A DNA stretch of 64,000 nucleotides from the human T2T-CHM13v2.0 reference genome, Homo sapiens. Below the pieces are notes generated by a model. The model was not told the origin of the DNA. It saw nothing but the letters and a program-made list of their open reading frames with translations, and did no database searches. A program made the translations under genes and the position numbers. Below, in pieces: positions 17,501 to 34,460 of this stretch; within the stretch, counting starts at the first letter, position 1; every line of letters begins with the position of its first letter. The DNA lies in the NCBI RefSeq assembly GCF_009914755.1, contig NC_060936.1; one strand, written 5' to 3'.

Positions 17501-18704
17501 ACAAACGGCCCTGTATAGCAATGTTTGTTCCTGTTTAGCAACAGTCATTAAAATGCGTTACTAAATCCTTTCGTTAAAAAAAAAGATACAAATATCAAAT
17601 GAAGAGTGTTCCTTCAAAACTCATTTAAGCACCTCTGTGGTCAAAATTTACCAAATGAGTCTTTCCATTTGAGGCATCATGTAAAATAGTAATAAAATGA
17701 AATTATTTTAAGAGTGAGTGATTATATTAAGGTAATGTTACAATTTATACAATCGGAATAAAGCAACAACCAGTGATTATCTTGTAACTACCTCTGAAAT
17801 TACGCTTCTGTTTAATACATTATTATATGTAGTGCAATGACAGCTTGCAATTGTTAACTTCGTGTGGGTGCTTTTTATAGAATAAATCAAAAGGCAATGA
17901 CTTCACAAGTGGTCATTTGTTTCTGGCAGAGATTTGGGGACTGTGTGGGTGAATGCAACTAATTTCTATGACAAGGAAAACTAATTCAAGGAGAAGCAAG
18001 CAAATTATATAAAAAAGCATCTATTTTTTATAGTCCTTAAATATTCATATCTGTATTTTTGAAGCCCCAGAAATATGTTCCTTTAGCAGATTTTATATAA
18101 TTTCATATTTGGTGGTAAGCCAAGGCCAATTTGTTACCACGGATGATGGATTCACTATTGTGGAGCTGGAGGTTCAGAGACAGAAAGTGTCTCTCATGAA
18201 TACCAACCACAGCAGCTGCAGCAGCTGCACCGCAGCAAAAGAATCTTTGGGACCAACAGGAATATTGGTGGCCAAGACACAAAAAGTCTCTCCCACTTCC
18301 ACTCCCATGCCCCCGTGGCTCCTGCCTGATGTAGGAACTGGGAGTTAACTGCTGGACAGATCTGTGGCCGTTCATATTCAGTGCCTTTACAATGTTTCAC
18401 ACGCTTAGGGGAAAGCTACTTTGCCATTATCCTGACACACCTCTATCCAGATCAAGTAAGGCAAACCTCCACTTTAAGCAAAACCACAATATTGGAAACA
18501 TAATAATTTAAGAGATGGTGAGTATTTTTGCAATTAGATCACAGTATTCAAAGTAAGAAGTATTTAGCTTAGATACAAAGCTAGGTGTGGAAACAAAATG
18601 TCCATTGTCGCCAAGAGGAAAAGAGATACTGGTCTGAGATAATTCTGAACAAGTGAGCATGGGTTAGGTTTTAGTCTTACTCCCTAAGGATAATGCTTAG
18701 TCAC

Positions 18705-18746
18705 AGATGATATTAAGTGACACAAGATGATATTAAGTGACACAAG
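18705..18746. repeat. Perfect 20-bp tandem duplication (agatgatattaagtgacaca x2)
   Basis: Read directly from the sequence. Confidence 0.9.
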
Positions 18747-20096
18747 CATATCTGAGTTCTTCTGAGCTCACACTATGTGAATGTAAATAATGGCCAAAAT
18801 ATATGTAGAGAGGCCATTACAGACTCAGGAACAGATGATGATGAACTATTAAACTAGACCGGGGTGTGTGCAATGGAGATTCAAGAGCTACTTGAAAGAG
18901 ATGAGAGAACCTGTTGAGTGACTAACTATGGAGGCAAGGAAAAAGGATAAGGATGGATCCAGTATTTCTTTCTTGAACAACTTAGTAGAGAGTAGTGACA
19001 TTTACAAAATAAAACAAGTTAATAGAGAAATCTTTTAAATCATGACCTCTGGTAAAGCATGAAAAATAATTGATTTATTTGATGAACATTCAATATAGAA
19101 GCAAATGCCCAATAATACATCTTTTTTTGTGGGATAAAAAACAGAGATGCATTAGCATCTAGTTTTCAATTAAACATTGACCACAAGCCCCAGCACATTA
19201 ACACTTGACAGAGGCTGCCTCTTCTACAAAGAAATTTGAGATTTTTACTCAATTTGGAAGGCTTTTATTCAGTATCAGTGAGGCACTGACATAATTCCAC
19301 TCCAAAGCTGTGTGCCCTGCATTGACATGCTGAGCGCAAAGAGAGAATGATGATGACTTTTGACCCCAGGGGAAACTCCATTTCCTTCTAGCTCCCCAAT
19401 AGACATAACTCAAACATCTGACAGAGATAAGGAAGTTCCAACATCAGAAGATGGGTGTCTTTTTCCTTTTGCAGGACTAGGCCCTTTAAGAAATAGATAA
19501 GCTCTCTGAGGTACTACTGAGAGCAGCCAGATGGCTACATTGAAAGTCTAGACCCATTGAAATTAGTCCTCAGGAAATTATTCCAGTTATCTTTTCTGAC
19601 TTCATTCATGGCTTTTGTCCTGTCAATATTTCCCAAGCTGGTGGTGTTTGACAGTCATTTTCAAATGCATGCCTACCCGAATTTAAATTTTGATCTCTTT
19701 CCTCTGAGTATGCCAAGTGGTATCAATTACCCTTCTTTTACAGGCTAAATTGTCAGCCAGGGTCTCATTTATTTATCAGCTTCATTTTTGCTGAGTCTTT
19801 TCATTTTTGGTGAGTCTTTTCATTCTAGCGCAGCCTAGGCTATCTATCTCTGACAACTTCCTAACTCTCAATCTCGGATTACAATCCCATCTGGAATTTA
19901 CCAGTCCCTTCTCCAGGATTCAATCTTAGCTAAAATCCAAGATTTGGGGGTAGAAACAAGGCAGTTACTAAATGTATCATCATATATATTTTTCTGTTAG
20001 CCTGCATAGAATACTATTATGATTATCAGTAGCCTCTGCTAGTATTCAGTAACAAAATTTCTTGTTAAGTTTATAGTCACAAAAATCAAATGACTA

Positions 20097-20221
20097 GGCT
20101 GGGCACAGTGGCTCACGTCTGTAATCCCAGCACTTTGGGAGGACAAGATGGGAGGATTGCTTGAGCCCAGGAGTTTAAGAACAGCTTGGGCAACATAGCA
20201 AGAACTGGTCTTAATTTTTTA
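20097..20221 (+). mobile_element. FLAM / Alu left monomer with a 16-bp TSD
   Basis: Single Alu arm flanked by aaaaatcaaatgacta at 20081-20096 and 20222-20237. Confidence 0.88.
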
Positions 20222-20433
20222 AAAAATCAAATGACTAATTTATTATTTAACTATAAACTTAGGAAATGTGTTAACACTGTTTAGTATTAATACTAACTTA
20301 CAGCATAGTGCAAAAAAGTATATAACAATAAATTTTAGAGAAGCAAAACATTCAAGGTTATGAAAAATAAGAATGAATTTTCTTTTTAAATACAAAAAAA
20401 TACATATATAATTATAAAATATACATCATATAC

Positions 20434-20601
20434 CTCATTCCAGCTATTGGCTTTCCATGAAGGGCATCTGACAGATCTACAGGCTTTGTGAGTTGGAGGT
20501 TTCTGTACTTGACTGCAATTTGTGTCTTCTAATTTCCTTTGGAATTGGTCAATGCAAAACACTTCACGGTACTTTCTACCTTTACCACAAGAAGCTGAGC
20601 A
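20434..20601 (-). CDS. ADAMTS20: ADAMTS20 coding exon, TSR (CSASCGKGRKYREVFC...SWKANSWNE)
   Basis: Acceptor tcttttctag|TGC and donor GAG|gtatat; 168 nt, phase 0-0; absent from the ORF track. Confidence 0.95.
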
Positions 20602-21261
20602 CTAGAAAAGAAATATGAATGCACTTGATTCATTTTCTTCTTGATTAATTTAAGCTTATCTTAAAGAAGTACAAAATGTAACAATCCACACATAATTCCT
20701 TTGATATTTTTATGAAGATATGCTCTAGTATTTCTAATTAGTGAAAAGTTAAAAGTTACCAATCTGCTCTGGACCATCAATTAATGTGAATATCATAAGG
20801 TAATATGATTACATTTTTATAATTTATTCTACAAAAATGTATTGATTGTCTACAATATACCAGGTACTCTTCTGACACAACAATGCTTCAAATCTTTTAA
20901 GGTTAGACTATCCTCAACTAACTCCTTTTATCATCCAATAAAACTTGTATTCAATCTTGTAGCATCAATACCCATTCTATTTTTATCTCCACATGCTTTT
21001 CTATACTGTAAAGTATGTTTTCTATGTTAAAAAATTTTAGTAATCTCTCAGTGCAGAAAACTGATTGAGAAAGCAGAAAGTTTATTTTTTTAACAGCATT
21101 TCAGTTCAGGTTGTTTTTGGCATCAGTCTGGAAGATGTCTTTCTCTACCATCGGCCTTCTGATTTATTTAGTAAACAAAAAATAACTGAAGTCTTTTTAA
21201 AAATATAGGTAAAATAACGATTTGACTTCATTTGTCAGCCAGTTTTCATTTTATGAGTGAG

Positions 21262-21503
21262 GACAGTGCAATATGGTAGAAAGCACTTGGGCTCTGGCAT
21301 TGAGTATCACTTCTGCCACTTATAGCTGGGTGACTTTAGGCACATTTCATAACCTGTCCAAGTCTTGATTTTTTTTCATTTATAAAACATGAGTAGTAGC
21401 ATCAATCTTACAAACTTGTTATGAAGATTAACATAAGATAAAGAATATGAAATGTCTAACCCAGTCCTACTACACTTGGTAGATCCTCAGTAAACATTAG
21501 CTT
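21262..21503 (+). mobile_element. MIR SINE
   Basis: ctgccacttatagctgggtgactttagg core and the MIR 3' end. Confidence 0.75.
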
Positions 21504-24500
21504 GCTCTTCTACCATTTTCCTTCATATAGTCTCAGAGAGGATATTGACAATTTCAGCATGATATATGTACCAGGGGAAAGCTAAGCAAAGAAGTCATGG
21601 AGTTCAGACAACCTTTCTCATTCCTCTGAGACAGTTGTTGGCATATGGTTTCATTTAGAAACACATTATGCATTTTATGCATATTGTGAACTCATAGAAT
21701 ATTAGACTATATGGCCTATTTGATACTCAAATACTTTAAACTTTTAAAAAATGAACAGTCTGGAGAAAATTTACCTTTTTATATTACTAGCAATATGTTG
21801 CAATAATGCATTGATTATTAAGAACTATTATCATATCTTAGATGTTCTCGACCTCTCCTCCACCTCATTAATACAGCCATTCCATGCTGCTTAGAGCACA
21901 CTTGGTTCTGTGAAAATCTCTAATGGATCTTCATATGTTGTATTAAGATACATTCTTTCCTTCTATTGATCTAGACCTACCTATATGCTTTACCGTTCCT
22001 GACCATGTTATCTTGGGCACTTACCCTGCCTCTTTCTTTTCTTCATTGTTTATTTTTCAGAGTATAACCTATTCTATACTAAAAAAAAAAATTCAAATAT
22101 TATTGAGTATCAAGTATATACCATGGAGTGTGCTGACTACTTTGAGTATGTACATGTTCACACATGGAAGAATAATTTTCCCCTAAATAATACTTTTAAA
22201 TTGTTACTTTTTGAACAAAGGAAGCATTTATTACTCCCTCTGCTAGCCACTTTATTAAAAGGTAATAATTACTGTGAATAGTCATGCAAAGATTCATTAA
22301 ACAGCATCTCTTGCTTTTGCCCTTGATGTATCCTCCAAGTGCTTATAATCTAAATGATACACATCATCTATGAAGTGAATTATACCAGTGTAGGTCTTAA
22401 TATTGCACTCAATGAAGATCAGAAAAACAAAAACACTACACGATACCAAATACCATTAAAAGGATACAATAAAAAGTATGATAGAATTTAAAAATTCATG
22501 AAATGTAGCCATTTCTTTCTAGGATATTTGTAAGTGTTCAAAGAGAAGATAATATTTAAATTCATTCTTGAAGGAGAGGTAGGTTTGTTGATGGACAAAG
22601 ATGAATGGTCTTATGTGTATGTTTGATATGACTTATCTAGACATTGTCCAGCTGTGTCTGTTTTGTAAAATTCCCAGAGTTCGTTTAACAATGCCAAGAA
22701 TCCAAGAATCAGCCAGTAAATATACAGTAAGTTGTTGGCATTTCTGATAAGAATGGCCAATTCATTTACAAAGCTATGTAACATAAGAGGAGACAGGTTA
22801 AATTCCAAATTCTAATTAAGAATTCAGCAATACATTTCCTCTATAAGCATTATCTATGAGTGGAATATAAACTCACACATGTAGTACACTGCCAAAGTTA
22901 ATAATTATTTTTCAAGAAACTGAATAGTCTTCTACTCTATAACTTTAGGTCATCTTTGCTTCTCTCTCTTCTTTGTTACTTTAATCTATTAAACTAATAT
23001 AACTTATTACTAGTCTAATCCAGACTGTTATTGTCATTGAACATAATTTAAACATAAATCTATTTTTATCAATCTTTATATTTTATAATTTATAAGTATA
23101 TTTTTATGCTTTTTTTTTTTGCTCAAGTGCTAACAATGGCTCTCTTATTGTCTTAATAGCAAACCAAACTTATACTCCTTGCTTTCTTGATCCACCAAAT
23201 TTTAGTCAACATGCCTTTCCAACTTCATATTTTGCTGCTTTTCACCATGCAAACCTTTGCTCTCTTTAAGTATAATTGCTTTCTCCTTAATGTGACACAT
23301 TCGCTCAAAAACAGGGCCTAACTCATTATTTTCTTTACCTAGACTAATCACTTCCTCTAATAATTATCCTTAAAGCCCTAATTCAATCCCATGTCTAGGG
23401 TAAATACACATCAATCTTTCACTTCCCTGAACTCTTCTGAGTCCTACCCTGTTTTTAGCACTTCATCATTTTCTGCATTTTCAACTTTTGTCACATGCTT
23501 CATCTACCCAGCTTCCTGAAGGTCAAGTCCTTTTAGATCACCCATATCACCTACAAAGTGGCATGTGTAATAACTATCAGCTGATGGATGTTTATTAATG
23601 GTATAAGCAATTTTTAATTTGCTTTTATTAAACTCTAAAATAATTTACTTAAAAATTTTAAATTCCATGAAATATATTTATTGGTTAAAAAACCAAAAGT
23701 CCTCTAGGAATGTTAGAAAAAAATACAAAATCAAAGAATTATAAAATAAATTATGCTTTATACTTTTAAAGTAAAGTTCTTTTTCTCCAAGATCTGAAGA
23801 GGGTAAGTACAGATTCTATCCTCAAGATTTAAAAAGGAATACATCCAGTATTTTATCATATCTGATGGAATTCCATCTGGGAATTTCTTTAAAGTAAAAC
23901 AGGACATGTTATGCAAACAGTTATGTTTTAGTTGGAATGAGGCATCCATAGAGTAAACAACTAGTGAAATGATACCTTCCTTTCAAACCATAATACATTC
24001 TAAGTTGTAAGGATTCCACAAAATAGCCCATTTGGTAGGAATATTCAAACATGCAGTTTTTTCTTCTGGTATCCCAGCAATCTGCTGTTTTTTTCCCCTC
24101 CATTTTATAACTCTGACACCATCATAGTCTTGAAGTTTTATTTAGTGCTGTATAATTCATTTCTAGCATTCTCATCAAAAGACTTTTTCTCAAAAATCAG
24201 CCCTAGTTCCCTTAATTGACATAGTCTTAAACTGTTACTGAGATTTTTTTTTTCCATGACTACTATGGAGCAGTAGATACAGCACACAACCCATTTCAGA
24301 AGTAGTGATACTAAATAAACATACAAGTGCCCTGAACTGATAATTCTTATAAATTATGTGCAGACAAATGTCTAAGATAAAACAGGGCATTTGAAACAAA
24401 TGCAAAATTTGCAAGGCCTGAAAATGTAGTAGATCTTTAGAGTTGTTCTAGCTGGCTGGTACTTTGCCTTCCAGAATGGAGAGCTGAAGTTAATTAGTCC

Positions 24501-25544
24501 CCTCTAACATGATAACTTTGGAATAAGTATATTTTTATTTTTAGAGAAAAGCTGTACATAATTATAGAATAAGATTACTTCTCATATTTGAGGTGCGGAT
24601 TTTTTTGTTTATATGTAAGGATACTGCAGAAGAATGAATGTATTGACTTAATTTGTGGGAGTCTTCTTGATTAATTCTGGAAACTTAAATTATTAAACAA
24701 AATAAAATAAGGAAATAAAATTCATTTAGTTTCAGTTGTAGGAAATGGAAGCCTTGTTTTTTTTTAGGCTTCCCTAAACTATTATATTGATCTGGCACTG
24801 TATCCTTTCTGACAGTAGGGGGAAACATACAGGTACTGGTTAGAATTAATATGTACCCAAACTAGTAATTGTATATCCCTGAAAAGTAACTATTACACTA
24901 GTCATGCATAAACTGTGCCCTTTATAGATTTTACAAGCTGGGTAACTATAAAATACCTATTTCATATACATCTCTGGGTAAAGGTAAGATGAAAGGCATT
25001 TTTTTTTAAAGAGAGAAATAGCCAAACTAAGAAAACTCTAAAGACATCTGTAATGCTATAGCAAAATGCAAAGTAAAATAAAATCAATAAAGAACTAAAA
25101 AGAGTACTGCAGAATATCACATTGATTAGATTCAGGACAAGACTGAAAATGTCTCCCATAAAGCAAATGGAATAGTGAAGATGAGACAGATAGAGAAGAG
25201 ATGGAGAGTCGACGTATGAATGTTGTTTCCCGGAAAATATTCTGTTCATTCCCAGCTCAAGTCATCATATCATTGCACATGTCATCATATCATTTCCTCC
25301 CACCCCAACACGTTCACCCATTTCATCCCCACGTATTTTTCAGTGCTGAGTTTAAATCTCATTTCCTTCTCGAAACTCCCTTCTCTGATGGAGGATGTCT
25401 GATGTCCAATTTAGACCAGATTAGGTAGGGTTCTTACAGAATTTTTTTAGCATCCTTTGCTATACTCAGTACACCTGAAAGTGTCTGTTCTATGTCTCTT
25501 TTCTTTTCCAGACTATAAAATCTGCTGAGAACAGACATATTGTG

Positions 25545-25547
<3 letters not shown>

Positions 25548-25587
<40 letters not shown>
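25548..25587. repeat. (AC)20 microsatellite
   Basis: Read directly from the sequence. Confidence 0.95.
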
Positions 25588-25590
<3 letters not shown>

Positions 25591-26431
25591 TAGAAAGCAC
25601 CCAGAATCACTCATTTTTAATTTAGTGTGTCATGACTCATTCTACCTTTCTTTTACAAGGAGGAAATAATACCAACGCACCATGAACCACAGGATCTTGC
25701 ATCAACTTACTGACCAATGTTTGTCTGAAGTGGTAGATATTCTGCTGGCACCACATGAACTGATTTAGATGGTACATTTCCAACGTAATAGATATTTTAC
25801 ATAGTAATGATCATCCTCAATTTTAGCTATAAAAATCCTTCAGCTGGCTATTTGAAAAAAATATCTGAAGTTTGGTGTATAAAAAATCAAATGAAATTAA
25901 AATTAAGAGTAAGCATTATTTATCCACTGGATCTTTTAATTAAGCTTGGCTACAAAAGTAGTAAATATCCATTTCATTTGCTACTACATCATTTCATCTA
26001 TGGATGAAGATATATATATTTGTTTTTATGTTAATCATCTAAACTTTAGTTAAACTTCTCTAAGAGTATCAAAACTAATATTTAATACACTAAAAATTAG
26101 TCTTTGAAACACAATATTAGAAAAAGGCTTTGATATCAACTGTAAGTTTTATGTTAAATATTTTTAGTGACTACTAAGATAAAGTTGATTATTGAGAGGG
26201 AGTTTAAAGAAAACCTAGTTTACCTTCATACATGTTTCCTTCATATAAATTATTGTGTTATAATTTAAAATTTTCTAAATCCATACATAGCCTAAATTAT
26301 TGCCAGCTGAACAAACTTTCAATGAGTGAATTTGGCAATGACTCTTTTGCTGAAGCACAGATTGTTTAGTTATTCCAGGTCAATCAGTAAGAACTAGAAG
26401 TATCTTACAACAGTTAAACTACTACTCCTTA

Positions 26432-26902
<471 letters not shown>

Positions 26903-29900
26903 TTATGAAACTTAATTTTTCAGCTACCATAAATAACCTAACTAGACATAAACTTCATAATTATCATTTTTCTCCCTCAACCATTTTATTTTAGTCCTCT
27001 ATTGTTGTTATTAAACAAAAAATGACGACAAGAAAATACAAAACTGAGTAAAAATAAATGAGGTGATATTATTCAATTTCACTTTGGCTTTTGAAGTTTT
27101 CTGATTGTTTTTCAAAACATAATAATTTAGAAGTCATCAAATGATCAGACAAAAACAAATTTTTACTTTATTACTAGATATGTCACTTCTCTTTGTCTGC
27201 TTTCTGACAGCAAGGTGCATAAGTCATCGTTGAAAATGTAAGCACTTATAACCATATGGCTGGGTATTATGTCTATCCTATTGCTCATTGTATGCCAGGT
27301 ATTAGCTAATTTCTGCAGACAACCAAAGAAAACATGCTGAGGGTTCATGCAACCTTTTCGTTTAAGTAAAGGTAAACTTAAGGAAACACACATATTATAC
27401 ATTACAAATTCAAATCCAGCTTCTCATTACAAACCAGAAATCATTTCCATCAAGATAAGTGCAACTTCATAAGATGTATCATGCAATACATAAAATAGAG
27501 TGGTTTTTCTTTAAACATCCACATATTATAATAGCTAAAGATAATCAGATGTTGGAGTGTCTCTCTTGGAACAATTTGAGAGGATTAGTTGTGTTTTCTT
27601 TAGTCTTTGGCAATTCCAAATGTATCAGTGAACTTTTCAACATTAGAGTATGTATTATTTATCCTGTTTTTATCTCTTTTCAAAATTAAACTATTTTATG
27701 CATCTGCAGCAAAGTTAAATTAAAAATTTTTAATAAAAAACATATTATAGCTATTTTGCTAAATAATTCTTTAAATGATGTTTGAGTGATTATATTAAAT
27801 GTCTTTAGAACACTATTATGAAATAAAAGATTAGTGTATGAAACAACATATTAAATCAGGAAATGACAGAATTTCAAGTCAAAACAGACCAGAAATTAGA
27901 TATTCTGAGAAACAAAACACTATCATGTGTATGCATCCCTGTATATGTCTTTCATTTTTTTAGAAGCCTATAATAACATTCTCTAAATAAAACAAAGAGG
28001 CTATATCTAAACCCCAATAGTTCTGAAATCTTCCAGAAGCCAATGATACTTGGAGATCTAAGAGAAAAGCCCACTACAGTAAAATCTTAGATATGAGTTT
28101 ATACAACTACTTTGTAATTGAGGGAATTACCTAGAATGAAGAAACCTTTTTTAAACTGAGCGTCTCAATTATTAGCAAAGTAAAACATTAAAGTAGCTAT
28201 AATAGAGTAGTAGGATATATTTCTGCTTAAAACAAAAAAAATGACAAAATATGCATATTAAGACTAGAGTGTCAACTCTAAAATAGTACTGCTACTGTTC
28301 CTTTAATTCAATACACATGTGCTCTAAGGAGTAAGACACTAAATCCATCAACAGGGACCCCATTCATAGTGCTTCCTGAAAGATAATACTTACAGTTTTA
28401 AAGTTTAATGGAGTTTGAAAATGTCCTTTTTAACTTGTTACAGGCATTCTTTGACTATTCAGCTCTAATAAGCCAAGAAAGCATTTGGTTTTAAAAATAT
28501 TTACCACTGAAATATTTCATTCAATTGCATTGCATCTAATCATATTTAAAATTTGTAGCTCCAGACATTTAAAAATTTAAAAATCAGATTAATTTGCAAA
28601 TATATTTGACTCTCAACTTAAAGGAAAAAACCAAATGATTAACAACAAATATATCCAGCAGACTTCGATTAAATTAATATCATTGTAATAATAATATATA
28701 ATTTTATATTATTTTGAGCATATATGTACATGTATGTACACTCATAATGGATTTACAGTTCTTGGCTAATTCATGCAATATGAGAGAACTTACATGTAAT
28801 TCATCTAACTCAATTGGAAGTAATATTTAAAGATAATTTACTATAATTATTAATATTTTCTATATTATAACTTTGGAAAAGTTTTGTGATTATTTTCACT
28901 TTCAAATATAAAACCTGAGGGAAAGCTGCAGTAACTTATGCAAGTATCTTGTACAGAAATATTCACTTATCTCATTTTATAATATTATTTTCCACAAATA
29001 ACTATTAGAAAATCGGAACAAGAAATCATCCTAGTGAGTGAGAATTAAAGGACTCAATTATTGGATTAATTTTCTTCAATAATAAGTTTTGATAAAGAAT
29101 CATTTCAAACCTGCAAACATTAGTTATTGAACTTGAGTTTATTTTGGTAGAAGCAATAGTAAATGTAAGTCTAACTCAAGATGTGAGCACTATTTGTAGC
29201 AAAAAATACTCAAGAAAAACTGCCATTCATTTAAAGCTTGTAATTTATATTTTTAACTTTCTAATAATATTCTTTGTATGTACTACAAAGGGGAAATGAA
29301 CATTTCAGACTCCTCTATAAAATCTGTTTAGCAAGTGAAACTCATCTAAAGAGTTCCTGTTTGGAGTTTTTATTGACTCATCCAGTAACATGAACCTTTA
29401 CAAGTATAGGGTGACATGGAGAAAAATGGTATGGTTAATATGAGAACAATGCAAATCTTGTCTATTTTTAACAATTTCTTTGGGGCCATTATTGTGAATT
29501 TACTTTTTCTTAATGTTTTTACACAAATCAAATGAAACACTGCTTTTGAAAGAATGTGTGCCACATTCCATTATAAAAACTCCACTCCCATCTTACCCCT
29601 GAGAGCCTACACCCAGAAGCATGACCGTCTGCCTTCCTGGACTGACAAATGCAGAAAACTATTCAGTGTGAGTAGACCATAAAAAGCTAAAGAGATTAGA
29701 AAAATATCTAAAGCATACCTTTTTACAAAAATATTGTCTTTTAAGGCATTACTATGGTAACATTTACAAAATTCTTAAAATCAAGTGCCAACAAAATAGC
29801 AGGATTTACCATTTCAAGTTCCCACAAATGTTTTATGTGCTAGCTGTGGGAGTTAACAGCCATAAAGCCAAGAACTATGCTTTTAAGTAGGGTTATAAAG

Positions 29901-30419
29901 GCCTAAAAAGGAATATGCACAGAGTACTCTGAGATGAGAAATAAATGAGTTCTAAGGATGCTTTGAAAAGAGAAATGTCAGAGTTGAGATTAAAAGACCA
30001 TACCCACTGCACATATTAATGTCTGTTTTCCATATGTAAAAAAAGCTGAGGGGAGAATGTTTTAGAGATTAATTTCATATTTCAATGAATTTAAGTTAAT
30101 TTCTAAGATTTTGCCTTTAATTACACAAAATTAACTATTTGTATCAATATTTAAGTTGGGGTTTCATCATTTTCACTAGTGGAGAGTAGTAGATGGAATA
30201 CTAATCTAGCAGTACATGGGATTTGGTGTCAGAGGCCTACAATTGAATCTCAGCTGTCAGAAGCTATGATAATAATAACACTTACATCTCAAGGTGGTTG
30301 TGAGATTAAATTAGATAATGTATGAAGAAACCTGAAATAGTGCTTGACACAATAACCTAAAAGCATACTAACCTGTATTCCTTTTTTTTACTTCCTTTCT
30401 CAAATCCTGAGTGTGTTTT

Positions 30420-32100
<1,681 letters not shown>

Positions 32101-32632
32101 AACAACTGTCTTCAAATATTTGCCCTATAGAGGAGGAATTTGATTGATTCTTACTTCAGAGTGCAGAATGAGAATTGGAAGCAAATGTTTACTTAGTTTT
32201 CCTAAAAAGAAATGGGCTATATTGTATTATGTATGGCCTCCAACTTTAGGAAGTTTCACTAGGACACAATTGAAGCTTTATGCACTTCAATTGAAAATTG
32301 TCTTCAAAGAATTTATGTTTTGTGTAGATAAGAAGGGATAAGAAAGAGAAAACTGCAATTTTAAAGATATGATAAAAAGAGAGGGAAAAACATATCTTAA
32401 AAATATTTCAAGAATCACAATAATTTAACTCTTTAGATATATACAGTATTTATGAACTAATGAAAACATATTGCATTATTGTTGTTTACTCAGATGAGAA
32501 AAATGCAAATTCTACCTGAATTATGGGGCATCCTTTGACAGAAAGGGATTCTGCTATCCTTTAGTCTTCAAAATTATCAAATAAGTGTCAAAGTTTTATA
32601 TTGCCTCTTTTACTATGACATCAGGTGTCTAA

Positions 32633-33042
<410 letters not shown>

Positions 33043-34152
33043 TAAGCTAAACATCTTTCCAAGTAATGTCTCTTTTAAAAACTTTTCTAGAATTTTTCTA
33101 AGCATCAAAAATAAATAAAAATATAAAGAAACATTTCCTCAATCTGTAAGAAACTGAGTTTTATCCATCATAGTTTTCTCCACATTTTGACTTTAAAAAT
33201 AACTATGTAAAATTTTCAGAGCCTCAGAGTGACACAGAAAACTTTAGAGAGAACATTTAATAAAATACAAAGAAATCTCTTAAGGTACCTCCTCAATGTA
33301 TACCATAATATTAAATCACCTACTTTACCATATATGAAAAAATGGAATACCTTATTAACACACTAGAAATTTGAATAAAATGATGAAATTATAAATGAGA
33401 ATGCTAAACTCAATAACGGCAGAAACCAGTTCCATAAATGTTTACTGAATAAAGAAATGAACCGATGCTATGTAGGAAAAAACCACAGGAGCAAACTTGT
33501 ATATACAGAGTTAATCAGGCTTACATATGCTTTCTGTATTTCTTCTCAAATTATTTTTATACTTTTTTTACATTACAAAGCTTCAAATTGTCTAACATTT
33601 TTGCTCCAGAAATGTAAGATCTGATATACTATCCTACACTTACTCTTCAGTAGAGAGAAAATTCAGTTGCTTGAGCATTTTTATTTAAAGGGTGAAGTTT
33701 TACAAAGTTGCAATGTATATGCACAACAAAGACCTTTTAAATATGCAATCTACTTTATCTGAATGGCGCAGAGTTGAATGATCTTTAGTCCCACAAAAAT
33801 AACCTTGAAAGGAAAGCTACATGTAATAGATCTCTTTTTCAAGATTTCTGTTGTTTTGTTCTGACTCTAACGGGTATCCTGTAGATCAGCAGAGACAAGA
33901 AAGTTCTCCTGATTTCACCTAAGATTGACACCTTGCCAATTTTAGACGAGAAATGCTGACAAGGAGACAGGATCCCATTTGAGCCACTATCCGTGAGCCA
34001 GCTCCCTGTCACAGAAGAAATGTCCATGAGTGAGGGAGGCATCATGTCTGATTATCTTCCCTATTTCTAGATGTGAAAATTCTCCTAAGGCCCACGAATA
34101 AACAATAAAGAGGTTGCCCTTAGATAGATTCTCTAGTTAGCAGAATAGGAAA

Positions 34153-34156
<4 letters not shown>

Positions 34157-34184
<28 letters not shown>

Positions 34185-34460
34185 ACAGAGTCTGGCTCTG
34201 TCGCCCAGGCTGGAGTTCAGTGGTGCCACCTCACTCACTGCAAGCTCCACCTCCCAGGTTCAAGCCATTCTCCTGCCGCAGCCTCCCAAACAGCTGGGAC
34301 TACAGGCACGCACCACTACCCCCAGCTAACTTTTTGTATTTTAGTAGAGATGGGGTTTCACCATGTTGGCCAAGAAGGTCTCGATCTTCTGACCTCGTGA
34401 TCTGCCCGCCTTGGCCTCCCAAAGTGCCGGGATTACAGGCATGAGCCACCGTGCCTGGCC
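34157..34460 (-). mobile_element. AluS (Sc-like)
   Basis: Reverse-strand Alu with poly-T. Confidence 0.9.

Noticed and set aside
18103-18400. Overlapping short ORFs with poly-Ala or Cys-rich runs, considered as a processed pseudogene or hidden exon
   Set aside because: No recognisable homology, no poly-A or TSD, no TSR pattern or convincing splice pair.
33839-34045. 68-aa ORF containing a Trp (GSW) in the long intron
   Set aside because: Lacks the TSR cysteine pattern; the exon chain is complete without it.
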